Virus record (IMG/VR): IMGVR_UViG_3300011270_000003
Location: 1 to 51,669 of that record
Origin: a virus
Lineage: Duplodnaviria > Caudoviricetes
Length of the DNA stretch: 51,669 bases
Strand: one strand, 5' to 3'
Below, piece by piece: positions 1 to 7,755 of the stretch. Every line of letters starts with the position of its first letter. Position 1 is the stretch's first letter. A program made the translations under genes and the position numbers. A model generated the notes under the pieces. It had not been told where the DNA came from, did no database searches, and saw nothing but the letters and a program-made list of their open reading frames with translations.

Positions 1-123
1 ACTTCCCAGTAGTGCTCCACAATCAGCTAGAACTCTGGCCAAGAGGATACTATTCGAAGCTAGACGTAGGACGCTCACCGAGTGGATTAAACTTTATGAT
101 CCCAATACCGGAAGAATTCACGG
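1..123. repeat. Circular-assembly overlap, identical to 51547-51669
   Basis: The first 123 nt match the last 123 nt exactly and fall mid-gene in the DNA polymerase, whose frame continues across the join. Confidence 0.95.
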
Positions 124-1093
124 GAGGTTTATTGCTATCGGTGCATGGACACATAGGATGGCGCATCAAGCCCCTAATATGGCCAATATTCCCAACGAAC
201 TTGACATTCAGGGAAAAGTCAAGCTCTTGGGAGGAGAAATGCGTTCTTGTTTCTCAATCCCTAAGGGTCACTTGCTCGTTGGCGTTGACGCAGAAGGTAT
301 TCAGCTTAGAATATTTGCTCATTACTTAAATGATCCTGTCCTAATAAAAGCTATTGTGGAAGGACGTAAAGATGACAAGACTGATCCACATTCGTTCAAT
401 CAACGGGTGCTTGGTAGTGTATGTCGAAGCAGGCAAGCTGCCAAAAGATTTCTATATGCTCTTTTCTTGGGTGCAGGACTTTCTAAACTGGCTGAAATTC
501 TTGAGTGTAAAGTACCCCAAGCGGAAGAAGCACTTAGTAGGCTTATGGGCCAGTACACCGCCTGGACCGAACTTAAGCAAGGGCAAATTCAGAAAGATGC
601 TAGGCGCGGCTACTTTATTGGATTGGACGGTCGTCACGTCAGGGTACCTGGTGAAACAGTATCAGAACGTAGACACTTGATGATGAGTGGCTATCTTCAG
701 AACGGTGAATCAGTAGTAATGAAACACGCCACAATACTGTGGCTGGATAAAGTGTCGAAGCGTTTACGCGAGACGGAGGAGAAGCGATATGGACACATAC
801 CACTCTCTAATGATGTGGCAGGGAATATCGAAAGTAATATTCGCAGTGGCTATTATCCTTCTGCTGAATTATTTATCTCATCTGATAAACCGATCCTAGT
901 CAACTTAGTTCATGATGAATGGCAAATAGAAATGCCCACCAATGATCTAGAAGAAGCTCGTTGGATGGCTGAAACAGCGTCAGACTCGCTGAGAAAGGTA
1001 GGTGAAATGTTCGGACTTAAGTGTCCTCTAGCAGGAAGTTATATGAATGATGGTAAAGAAACAATAGGAACAAATTGGAAGGTAACTCATTGA
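2..1093 (+). CDS. polA: Family A DNA polymerase, C-terminal polymerase domain (continues from 50624; about 671 aa in total)
   Basis: Motif A LVGVDAEGIQLRIFAHY, motif B RQAAKRFLYALFLGAG, motif C VHDEWQ, C-terminal IGTNWKVTH; in frame with the ATG at 50624. Confidence 0.95.
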   Translation, partial: LPSSAPQSARTLAKRILFEARRRTLTEWIKLYDPNTGRIHGRFIAIGAWTHRMAHQAPNMANIPNELDIQGKVKLLGGEMRSCFSIPKGHLLVGVDAEGIQLRIFAHYLNDPVLIKAIVEGRKDDKTDPHSFNQRVLGSVCRSRQAAKRFLYALFLGAGLSKLAEILECKVPQAEEALSRLMGQYTAWTELKQGQIQKDARRGYFIGLDGRHVRVPGETVSERRHLMMSGYLQNGESVVMKHATILWLDKVSKRLRETEEKRYGHIPLSNDVAGNIESNIRSGYYPSAELFISSDKPILVNLVHDEWQIEMPTNDLEEARWMAETASDSLRKVGEMFGLKCPLAGSYMNDGKETIGTNWKVTH

Positions 1094-1644
1094 TAGAACT
1101 TTATAAAGAAGATGCCCCCAGAGGTGCAAAAAAGACCAGAGAAAGATTTATTAAACGCTATCCATATTTGAAAAGTCGTTTAGAAAAAGCAAACTGTTAT
1201 CTTTTACATGAAGAAAAACTAACACCTATATTCACCACAGCCGTACTAAACCTAGCAAAAAGCAATGATAATTGGTTTTGTGTAATATCTTCAGGACTAT
1301 CTGCTGCAACAGGATACCCCACTATAACAGGAGATGGAACTAATAACCGAGTTATACTAGCAGTGGCTGAAGACTCTGCAAATCTTGGAGAATTGGCAAT
1401 TTATCGTTTAGATACTCCCATTGCTTTATCGAGAGCTGCAGCTTTATTTGATGAAGGAGATCCAAATAACGAAGCAAGAGATACCTTTTTAAATTGGAAA
1501 GAACCTTTAATTAGTCCAGTAGAGTCACGTGGTCGGGAATATAGAAAGGAAACAAAAGGAACAGGAAAACCTACTGGAAAACGTGAGCCTAGAATTAAGA
1601 AACTTCGACCTACAATAATAGATTTAGATGAGGAGAATAAATAA
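1090..1644 (+). CDS. Hypothetical protein
   Basis: Long ORF; the TTG at 1090 overlaps the polymerase stop (TTGA). Confidence 0.7.
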   Translation: MIELYKEDAPRGAKKTRERFIKRYPYLKSRLEKANCYLLHEEKLTPIFTTAVLNLAKSNDNWFCVISSGLSAATGYPTITGDGTNNRVILAVAEDSANLGELAIYRLDTPIALSRAAALFDEGDPNNEARDTFLNWKEPLISPVESRGREYRKETKGTGKPTGKREPRIKKLRPTIIDLDEENK

Positions 1645-1808
1645 TGAAGTACAGAGTACATATTGAATATGAAGTACCTATGTTTGCTGAAGTAGATGTA
1701 GATGGTTATCATGTAGATGACGCAGCTAAGTTAGCTATTAAAGAATTCGAGGACAATAATCCAGAGGCTCTTGAAGCTACGGTAGTTCGAGTTGAAGAAC
1801 TCCGATAA
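1644..1808 (+). CDS. Small acidic hypothetical protein (54 aa, MKYRVHIEYEVP...)
   Basis: GAGGAG RBS and TAATG coupling at both ends; not in the ORF track. Confidence 0.75.
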   Translation: MKYRVHIEYEVPMFAEVDVDGYHVDDAAKLAIKEFEDNNPEALEATVVRVEELR

Positions 1809-2323
1809 TGGCTACTGATAACGTTTACCTACAGGGTAAAGCTAAATGGGTTAGAGTTTCTGTACCAGACATGTACGGTAAGTATGCTATGGTACTTTAT
1901 CCTAACGAAGAGTCTTTAAATAAGATCAAGAAATTGAAGGAGATTAAGACTGTAAACGGAAAACAATATGAAGGTATTAAGAATAGATTAAGACGAGATG
2001 AAGATGGAGATAGTATGTCTTTCTCTTGTCCTTCAGAGAAGATGGTCAAAGGTGTACGTAGATTATATGCTGCACCTATGATACTTGATGAAAACAATCT
2101 ACCGATAAGTACTGGCGTAGGTAATGGTTCTGAAGTTACTATTAAATTAGAAACCTATAGTTACAATCCTCCTGGTAATAAGATGGGAGGAACAGCAGCT
2201 AGGTTAGTTTCTGTTAGAGTAGATAAATTAGTCCCTTACGATCCGAAGATATCGGATAATTTGAGAGACCCGAAGGAAATCAGAGGCTTCAATAAGGTGC
2301 CTGCTGATAACCCTTTATTCTAG
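1808..2323 (+). CDS. Single-stranded DNA-binding protein (T7 gp2.5-like)
   Basis: GKAKW..PDMYGKY, VGNGSEVTI and RLVSVRV patterns, C-terminal Phe, position downstream of the polymerase. Confidence 0.8.
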   Translation: MATDNVYLQGKAKWVRVSVPDMYGKYAMVLYPNEESLNKIKKLKEIKTVNGKQYEGIKNRLRRDEDGDSMSFSCPSEKMVKGVRRLYAAPMILDENNLPISTGVGNGSEVTIKLETYSYNPPGNKMGGTAARLVSVRVDKLVPYDPKISDNLRDPKEIRGFNKVPADNPLF

Positions 2324-2332
2324 GAGTTAAAG

Positions 2333-2635
2333 ATGAATAAGTTCTGGTTAGCTTATGACCCCAGCTACGGTTATATCCGTGGTGGGGAGAAGATTACTGA
2401 TGATCTGAATGGCTGGAAGACGTTAGATGCAGTCGTAACTTCTGCTAAGAAGCATTCTTCTAAGCATCGTAATGATGTCTTCATTCTAGAAGCGACTAAG
2501 TTAGTCTCCTTTCCGTTCCCGACGGATATGTTGGTTACCGACTTGGTTGTTGCGAATGATAACTCATCGACGCCTACACAGACCGACGGTGACGGTACTG
2601 GCGTAGTTACTATGAAGACTACACTAGCTGCCTAA
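2333..2635 (+). CDS. Hypothetical protein
   Basis: AGGAG RBS; 100 aa ORF. Confidence 0.8.
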   Translation: MNKFWLAYDPSYGYIRGGEKITDDLNGWKTLDAVVTSAKKHSSKHRNDVFILEATKLVSFPFPTDMLVTDLVVANDNSSTPTQTDGDGTGVVTMKTTLAA

Positions 2636-2669
2636 TCTTACAACAGTTGAACTAAGAAGTTCAACAAAA

Positions 2670-2709
2670 GGAAAGGGAACTCTTATCTCCGTGGGAGTTC
2701 CCTATTCCT
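2670..2709 (+). terminator. Hairpin, possible weak terminator or processing site
   Basis: AGGGAACTC...GAGTTCCCT stem; no clear U-tract. Confidence 0.4.
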
Positions 2710-2724
2710 ACCAAGGAGGATAAT

Positions 2725-2922
2725 ATGAAAAGACCTCCCATCGATAACAAGGTAAAGAAATCTGATGGTCCTTTACCAATGACTTATCATCAGAGAATGA
2801 TTGAACGTCAGACTAAATTAAATATTCAACGTAGATTTGAATATGATAATTTACAAGAATTCTATGCTCAACGGAGAAAGCTATGTCCAAACGTAAACAT
2901 ACATACGAATGGAGATATTTAG
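2725..2922 (+). CDS. Hypothetical protein
   Basis: AAGGAGG RBS. Confidence 0.7.
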   Translation: MKRPPIDNKVKKSDGPLPMTYHQRMIERQTKLNIQRRFEYDNLQEFYAQRRKLCPNVNIHTNGDI

Positions 2923-3041
2923 ATTTCGCTAGACCTACAAAAATAATCAGGTCTTCAGGAAAAGGAAGAAAGAAAAGAATTAAAGTTATCTTCAGATATT
3001 CCAGGGATTGGTTTAAAGTTCCTATTTACGAGGTAATGTAA
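2883..3041 (+). CDS. Small basic hypothetical protein (52 aa)
   Basis: GGAG RBS and ATG at 2883; TAATG coupling to the next ORF. Confidence 0.6.
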   Translation: MSKRKHTYEWRYLDFARPTKIIRSSGKGRKKRIKVIFRYSRDWFKVPIYEVM

Positions 3042-3172
3042 TGACTAACGTAGAAGTTAAACATCCAGGCATCTATGAGAATAGATGGAAAACTAAGTAC
3101 CATTTCTTAGATCTTACGATCAAACGAACTAACAGACGTAATAAATACGTCATATCTAAAGGTGATCTATGA
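3041..3172 (+). CDS. Small hypothetical protein (43 aa)
   Basis: GAGGT RBS; coupled at both ends. Confidence 0.55.
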   Translation: MTNVEVKHPGIYENRWKTKYHFLDLTIKRTNRRNKYVISKGDL

Positions 3173-3480
3173 ACGAGAAATTCTATGCTGCAATCAACAT
3201 TAAAACACCTAGTATTAAAGACTCAACAGGTATTCCTGGAAACTGTAAAGCAACGTTAGCAGATATTCATGCATACGCAGCTAAACAGTTGTCATCAGAT
3301 CATCTCATTACTAAGGTGATGATTTGTGAAGTAATTGAAGTAGTAGAACGAGCTTCTCCTCCAATTACTATTCGACCTGCAGTCGAAAGAGCTACAGATA
3401 ATACTGGCAGAGAATGGCCAGCAGATCAATCCGAGAAGAGTGAAACCTCCACTACCGATAGGGACTATTCCCACGGATGA
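3169..3480 (+). CDS. Hypothetical protein, possible paralog of 2333-2635
   Basis: ATGA coupling; similar residue pattern to the 2333 protein. Confidence 0.75.
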   Translation: MNEKFYAAINIKTPSIKDSTGIPGNCKATLADIHAYAAKQLSSDHLITKVMICEVIEVVERASPPITIRPAVERATDNTGREWPADQSEKSETSTTDRDYSHG

Positions 3481-3576
3481 GGATAAATGATCTCTTTCGT
3501 GATAAGCGATCCTATGTGAAAGATGTACGGAAGGGTCTGGGTACAGAGGCAAGCATCTGCCAGGTAGTAACGTACT

Positions 3577-4487
3577 AGTCATTCGGACAGCATAGTCGGA
3601 GCGCTAAGCAGGCCCGTGTATCCTTACATGGAGGCTAAAACATAAGGAAGTAGGACTGAACCGATATCAAATCTAGTCCTCCGGTGACAGACGTGATCAG
3701 TCAGCTTAGTCTCTACAACCAGGATATCAGGATCAGAGTCCAATCTGATGAGACGGCAAAGGATTAGTGGAATATCCGTAGTCATCTATCTAATAGATAG
3801 AGAAACAAAAGCAGGACTAATATTAGTATCCTAAGGAGATGTGTAACTCCTTACAGTAACTCAGACTTAATTGGTATAAATAGAAGGTTCAAATCCTTCC
3901 TGAGTGAAAGTACGATCTAGTATTAGGACAAGTAGGATCTAAACCTTGATATGGCCACGGTGGCAGACAAACAACGGTACGCTCATGAGGACACCAGATA
4001 GGTGTCGAACTCGGAATTGGTTTAGAGCGAGTACCATGTGATCGGATGCGCTGGATTGCAACTCCAGAGATGTTGTAAGACCGAACAACCTGTGGTCTGT
4101 ATTCAACAAGGATGTTGATCTGAAAAGACTGAGCAATAGCATCATTAACTAAGTAGACACTCTTCTGAAGAGTTGATCTTAGACTGTTTGACTAGCGCTT
4201 CCATTAGGCGTGAAAATGTCATCTGGAATGATGTCTCAGTATCGAAGACTCTACAGAGATCGCCGATCTGTGATGAACAGATGAATGATCTAAAGAGATG
4301 CAGTGGTTAAGTACACTGGTATAACCGGGGACTGGGAAACGAACCAGCCGGAACGCCCGTTATAAAACTACTCAACGGGAGTAAACCTGGAACAAACACA
4401 TCAGACCTCTCGATGTAGAGAAATAAGAACCAAGGTCTCGACGGTTGTCTACCGTAGGGAGACTTCTAGAGTCTCATGTCCGAGACT
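3577..4487 (+). ncRNA. Candidate giant structured ncRNA (GOLLD/ROOL-like size class)
   Basis: About 1.1 kb with no credible gene, more than 15 hairpins, closing helix AGTC-at-TCGGACA (3577-3589) with TGTCCGA-GACT (4477-4487), tRNA-like subdomain. Strand inferred from flanking genes and T-loop orientation. Confidence 0.75.
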
Positions 4488-4602
4488 TTAACTAATGGAG
4501 GTGCAATCGTGTTACATGATGTGCACTCTGGACAAATCAAACAACCGCCTTAAGTTTGGGGGCACATATGCCCCCGTTAGTCCATTTATAATGGAGGTTA
4601 CA

Positions 4603-4860
4603 ATGTATCATGGATACCCTCCTTTCGGACCTCAATCCAACCCTCTGGCAGATTTAAGAGCTGCCATAGACTACTACAAAGGTTTAGAAAAGGAGTTGAA
4701 GGATCAGAATAAGAAACCAGAACCACCTAAGAAGAAGGATAAGTGGTTGGAAGTAGCACAGACATTTGTAACAATGGCTGCATTCGCTCCAATCGTAGGT
4801 TTTGGACAACTAATATTATACTTACAACTTGCACATCAAGTAAAAGGAATGATACCATAA
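4603..4860 (+). CDS. Small membrane protein
   Basis: GGAGGT RBS before the ATG at 4603; C-terminal hydrophobic helix. Confidence 0.75.
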   Translation: MYHGYPPFGPQSNPLADLRAAIDYYKGLEKELKDQNKKPEPPKKKDKWLEVAQTFVTMAAFAPIVGFGQLILYLQLAHQVKGMIP

Positions 4861-5714
4861 AAACAATCTATACTCTGGTTACCGATATACAGTATTTATT
4901 GACGACCAGAGGCTGGTTCACAGATGAGCTAGCCCTGGATTTATCTAATAACATAACCAAAAGATTACAATCTCAATATAACGATATCGATAAACCATCT
5001 TTAAGAATGTCTAAACTAGGACCTGTCTGTCCTAAAGCTTTATGGCATTCGATACATACACCAGAGTTAGCCGAGCCTCTACCACCATGGGCAGAGTTCA
5101 AATACTCCTTTGGACATATAATAGAGGCTCAGGCTATATCTCTTGCCAAAGCTTCAGGACATACAGTTACGGGAGAGCAGGATGAACTTGTTCTCGATGA
5201 TATCCGCGGTCATAGAGACTGCATTATCGACGGCTACATTGTTGATGTTAAATCTTCCTCTAGCCGTGGGATGGACAAATTCAAAAGGAAATATCAAACA
5301 ACGCTTGACGATTGGGGCTATCTATCTCAACTTGACGCTTATATGGGCGCTAGTGCTAACGACGATCTGGTATTGGTAAAAGACACAGCATATATATTAG
5401 CTATTGACAAACAATTAGGACACATGGTATTATATGAACATTCATTTAGAAAAGAGCATATCCATCAAAGGATTAGATCGTGCAAAGAAACAATTGGACT
5501 TAGCAGAGCTCCGTCTTGTACATGTGGAATATTACCTGAGGGAAAGTCAGGCAATTATAAACTCGATGTTAAAGCTAGCTACAGTCAATACAAACACTGT
5601 TGTTTCCCAAGACTACGAACTTTCCTCTACTCAGATGGACCAAGATACCTTAGTCACGTAGAAAGGAAACCTGATGTCATCGAGATTAACAGAACTGGAC
5701 AAGTCATACACTGA
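4857..5714 (+). CDS. Cas4-like PD-(D/E)xK exonuclease (probable ATA start)
   Basis: LRMSKLG.VCPKALW, FGHIIE, GHRDCIIDGYIVDVKS and GYLSQLDAY motifs. Confidence 0.8.
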   Translation: MKTIYTLVTDIQYLLTTRGWFTDELALDLSNNITKRLQSQYNDIDKPSLRMSKLGPVCPKALWHSIHTPELAEPLPPWAEFKYSFGHIIEAQAISLAKASGHTVTGEQDELVLDDIRGHRDCIIDGYIVDVKSSSSRGMDKFKRKYQTTLDDWGYLSQLDAYMGASANDDLVLVKDTAYILAIDKQLGHMVLYEHSFRKEHIHQRIRSCKETIGLSRAPSCTCGILPEGKSGNYKLDVKASYSQYKHCCFPRLRTFLYSDGPRYLSHVERKPDVIEINRTGQVIH

Positions 5715-5862
5715 CTTCTTGCTTCAACCTAAGTCTACACAGAGCGATCCTCTTGTGGACAGAGATTGTGTTTTATTAGATGGTTCTTGTGACTGTCCTA
5801 AACCTATTAGAGATTGTAAATATTTACAAGATATAGAAGAGAACGAGGAAGAAGATATCTAA
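5674..5862 (+). CDS. Small Cys-containing hypothetical protein
   Basis: AAGGA RBS; four Cys and an acidic tail. Confidence 0.55.
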   Translation: MSSRLTELDKSYTDFLLQPKSTQSDPLVDRDCVLLDGSCDCPKPIRDCKYLQDIEENEEEDI

Positions 5863-6202
5863 GAAAACGAGAAATAAATCTGAAGAGAATATAGCCAATC
5901 AGTTACGTCGAGCTAGGATTACATTTGAATACGAAACTGAAAAGATTCCTTATGTCTTAGCTCGACACTATCTTATAGACTTTAAACTATATACCCCTCT
6001 GGGAAAGATATATATTGAATATAAAGGCTATCTAAGACCAGAGGATAAATGCAAATTAATAGCAGTTAAGAAACAGCATCCTAATATGGATCTAAGAATA
6101 GTCTTTTATGAATATAAAGAGAAACAAGTTAAGTGGGCTATGAAGAATGGATTTAGATATGCCATCGGGAATATTCCAGAGGAGTGGTTACTAGGCTTAT
6201 GA
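5855..6202 (+). CDS. T7 endonuclease I-like Holliday junction resolvase (ATA start; missed by the ORF track)
   Basis: Manual translation: RNKSEENIANQL..FEYETEKIPY..YLIDF..IEYKGYLRPEDKCKLIAVKKQHPNMDLRIVF..WAMKNGF..IPEEWL. Confidence 0.9.
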   Translation: MSKKTRNKSEENIANQLRRARITFEYETEKIPYVLARHYLIDFKLYTPLGKIYIEYKGYLRPEDKCKLIAVKKQHPNMDLRIVFYEYKEKQVKWAMKNGFRYAIGNIPEEWLLGL

Positions 6203-6375
6203 GGTATGTTATGGCTATAATAGATATTGTAGATAGATTCCTTCATAGACTTATATGGTTTAGTTTAGGTATTATCACAGCATTAATATATGTTAATAGT
6301 ATGTCTACTTGTTTAGGTAGAGCCTGTGTCTTAATGTACTCAACTCCATTTTACATTCATAAGTTATTACGATGA
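6199..6375 (+). CDS. Small membrane protein
   Basis: ATGA coupling; hydrophobic segment. Confidence 0.55.
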   Translation: MRYVMAIIDIVDRFLHRLIWFSLGIITALIYVNSMSTCLGRACVLMYSTPFYIHKLLR

Positions 6376-6506
6376 GCAAGAACAGACACCCAACTAATAA
6401 ATTAGAAAGATTAAAGATAAATGAGAAGAAGAAAGTCCGGCGAGAGAGGCGCTTCCACCTCCAGCGACCCTCGACAGGAGAAGAAGATGACCAAGCCCTT
6501 GTCTAG
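6372..6506 (+). CDS. Small basic hypothetical protein (44 aa)
   Basis: ATGA coupling; fills the gap between neighbours. Confidence 0.45.
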   Translation: MSKNRHPTNKLERLKINEKKKVRRERRFHLQRPSTGEEDDQALV

Positions 6507-6798
6507 AGAAGATGTCATTGCGGTTAAATACGAAGATTCTAGAAAAGAATATCCTAAACAATTAGAGTTAAAGACGACTGTAGGACATCTTAAAGATCTA
6601 TTACTTCAAGAGATGATGCTGAATAACTGGATTACAGATGATGAAGAAGTAGTTCATTTTGTATTTGGAAAGATAGCTCCTATGTGGGAGAATGCTAAAT
6701 CTCTTAATGGATATTTAAACTTGGAGATACCTTTTACAATTACATTAAACAAACAAGAACAAAAGAAATCAGAGGTTAAGTTTAGAACATATGAGTAG
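6487..6798 (+). CDS. Hypothetical protein
   Basis: AGGAG RBS before the ATG at 6487. Confidence 0.7.
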   Translation: MTKPLSREDVIAVKYEDSRKEYPKQLELKTTVGHLKDLLLQEMMLNNWITDDEEVVHFVFGKIAPMWENAKSLNGYLNLEIPFTITLNKQEQKKSEVKFRTYE

Positions 6799-7024
6799 AA
6801 ACTATGCAAAAGAAACAAGATGGGAAGATAGTCCAGCACAAGTTAGACGCCGTGAAGCTCGTAATCAAGCTAGAACGCATGCTGAACGACTTGGAAGAGT
6901 TACAAAAGGCGATCATAGAGAACTGGACCATATTGGGTTCCACCGCACGGGATCGCTTGATGATGTACCGACCAAGGTGGTTTCTCGTCACGCCAATAGA
7001 ATACGGCAACCACCTAGACATTAA
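6791..7024 (+). CDS. Small HNH-like protein (degenerate)
   Basis: RNYAKE..RREARNQAR..GRVTKGDHRELDH..VVSRHANR resembles the short HNH-type proteins of T7-supergroup phages. Confidence 0.65.
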   Translation: MSRNYAKETRWEDSPAQVRRREARNQARTHAERLGRVTKGDHRELDHIGFHRTGSLDDVPTKVVSRHANRIRQPPRH

Positions 7025-7076
7025 ATTAGTTCCTTTAAATAGCACTCGCACAAGTGCTCGTGCACAGGAGACTACC

Positions 7077-7586
7077 ATGTGGTACAATAACGAAGAAGAT
7101 GTCACTGCTCAGAGCAAGAACTACTTCCTCCGAGAGATCAACACTATCGTTACTAAGAAGCAGGAAGAAGCTGCTAAGCGTTTTGGACTGAACGATCCTA
7201 AGCCTAAGACTCTGGCTGAAGCTGTAGAATGGTTGAAGACTGGTAAGTTTCGTATTGGAGATGAAGATCACGACCTGAATGATTTTTATTACCACAGTGC
7301 TTACCAGTTAACTGACTGGTTACATTGGATCGATCCTACTGTAGTCCGAGATGAGGATGGTTACAATCAGTACGTAGCTAAACTTAGTGAAGAGACTAAG
7401 AGGATTGAACGTATCGTTGTAGCCTGTCGTTTAGACGCAGAAGGTTATGATTACGACAGAGATAACGGTGCTGATTACAATGTCATCATCGATGCAATCG
7501 AAGAGTTAGAGAAGTGGGACTGGACTCCTCCGGCTAAGGTGATTCCTCTGGTGGCCACATCTGATGATATTGCAGAAGCAGCTTAA
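7077..7586 (+). CDS. Acidic hypothetical protein, last gene of the + arm
   Basis: CAGGAG RBS before the ATG at 7077; followed by a terminator. Confidence 0.8.
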   Translation: MWYNNEEDVTAQSKNYFLREINTIVTKKQEEAAKRFGLNDPKPKTLAEAVEWLKTGKFRIGDEDHDLNDFYYHSAYQLTDWLHWIDPTVVRDEDGYNQYVAKLSEETKRIERIVVACRLDAEGYDYDRDNGADYNVIIDAIEELEKWDWTPPAKVIPLVATSDDIAEAA

Positions 7587-7678
7587 ACTATCTTCGTCGA
7601 GAGAAGATCATCAGGCCAGGCCCCTGATGTAAGAAACGTACAAGGGGTTATGTAAGCCGCACACATCCCACATGACTA

Positions 7679-7714
7679 AGCCTCGGTAAGCGAAAGCCTA
7701 CCGAGGCTATTTTT
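7679..7714 (+). terminator. Rho-independent terminator where the two arms converge
   Basis: AGCCTCGGTAAGC-GAAA-GCCTACCGAGGCT followed by ATTTTT. Confidence 0.85.
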
Positions 7715-7755
7715 ATGTCTAAATGAGATTTTAACTCTTATTTCTGTTGTGAACG

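Noticed and set aside
3745-3806. Hammerhead ribozyme (CTGATGA...GAAAC)
   Set aside because: An extra hairpin separates stem II from GAAA, CTGAT is sequestered in the 3732-3749 hairpin, and no consistent stems I/III with an NUH site were found.
3481-4602. Group I/II intron, or real proteins from ORFs 3295-3582 (-), 3939-4145 (-) and the 4495 start
   Set aside because: Flanking genes are complete and unrelated, I could not identify intron core motifs, and the ORFs are antisense or lack an RBS (4603 has the RBS). An Rfam scan should still confirm.
4857-5714. CRISPR-Cas system
   Set aside because: Only a solo Cas4-like nuclease; no other cas genes and no repeat-spacer array seen.
6804-7076. N-terminal extension of the 7077-7586 gene
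   Set aside because: It overlaps the HNH-like gene in another frame, and the RBS is at 7077.
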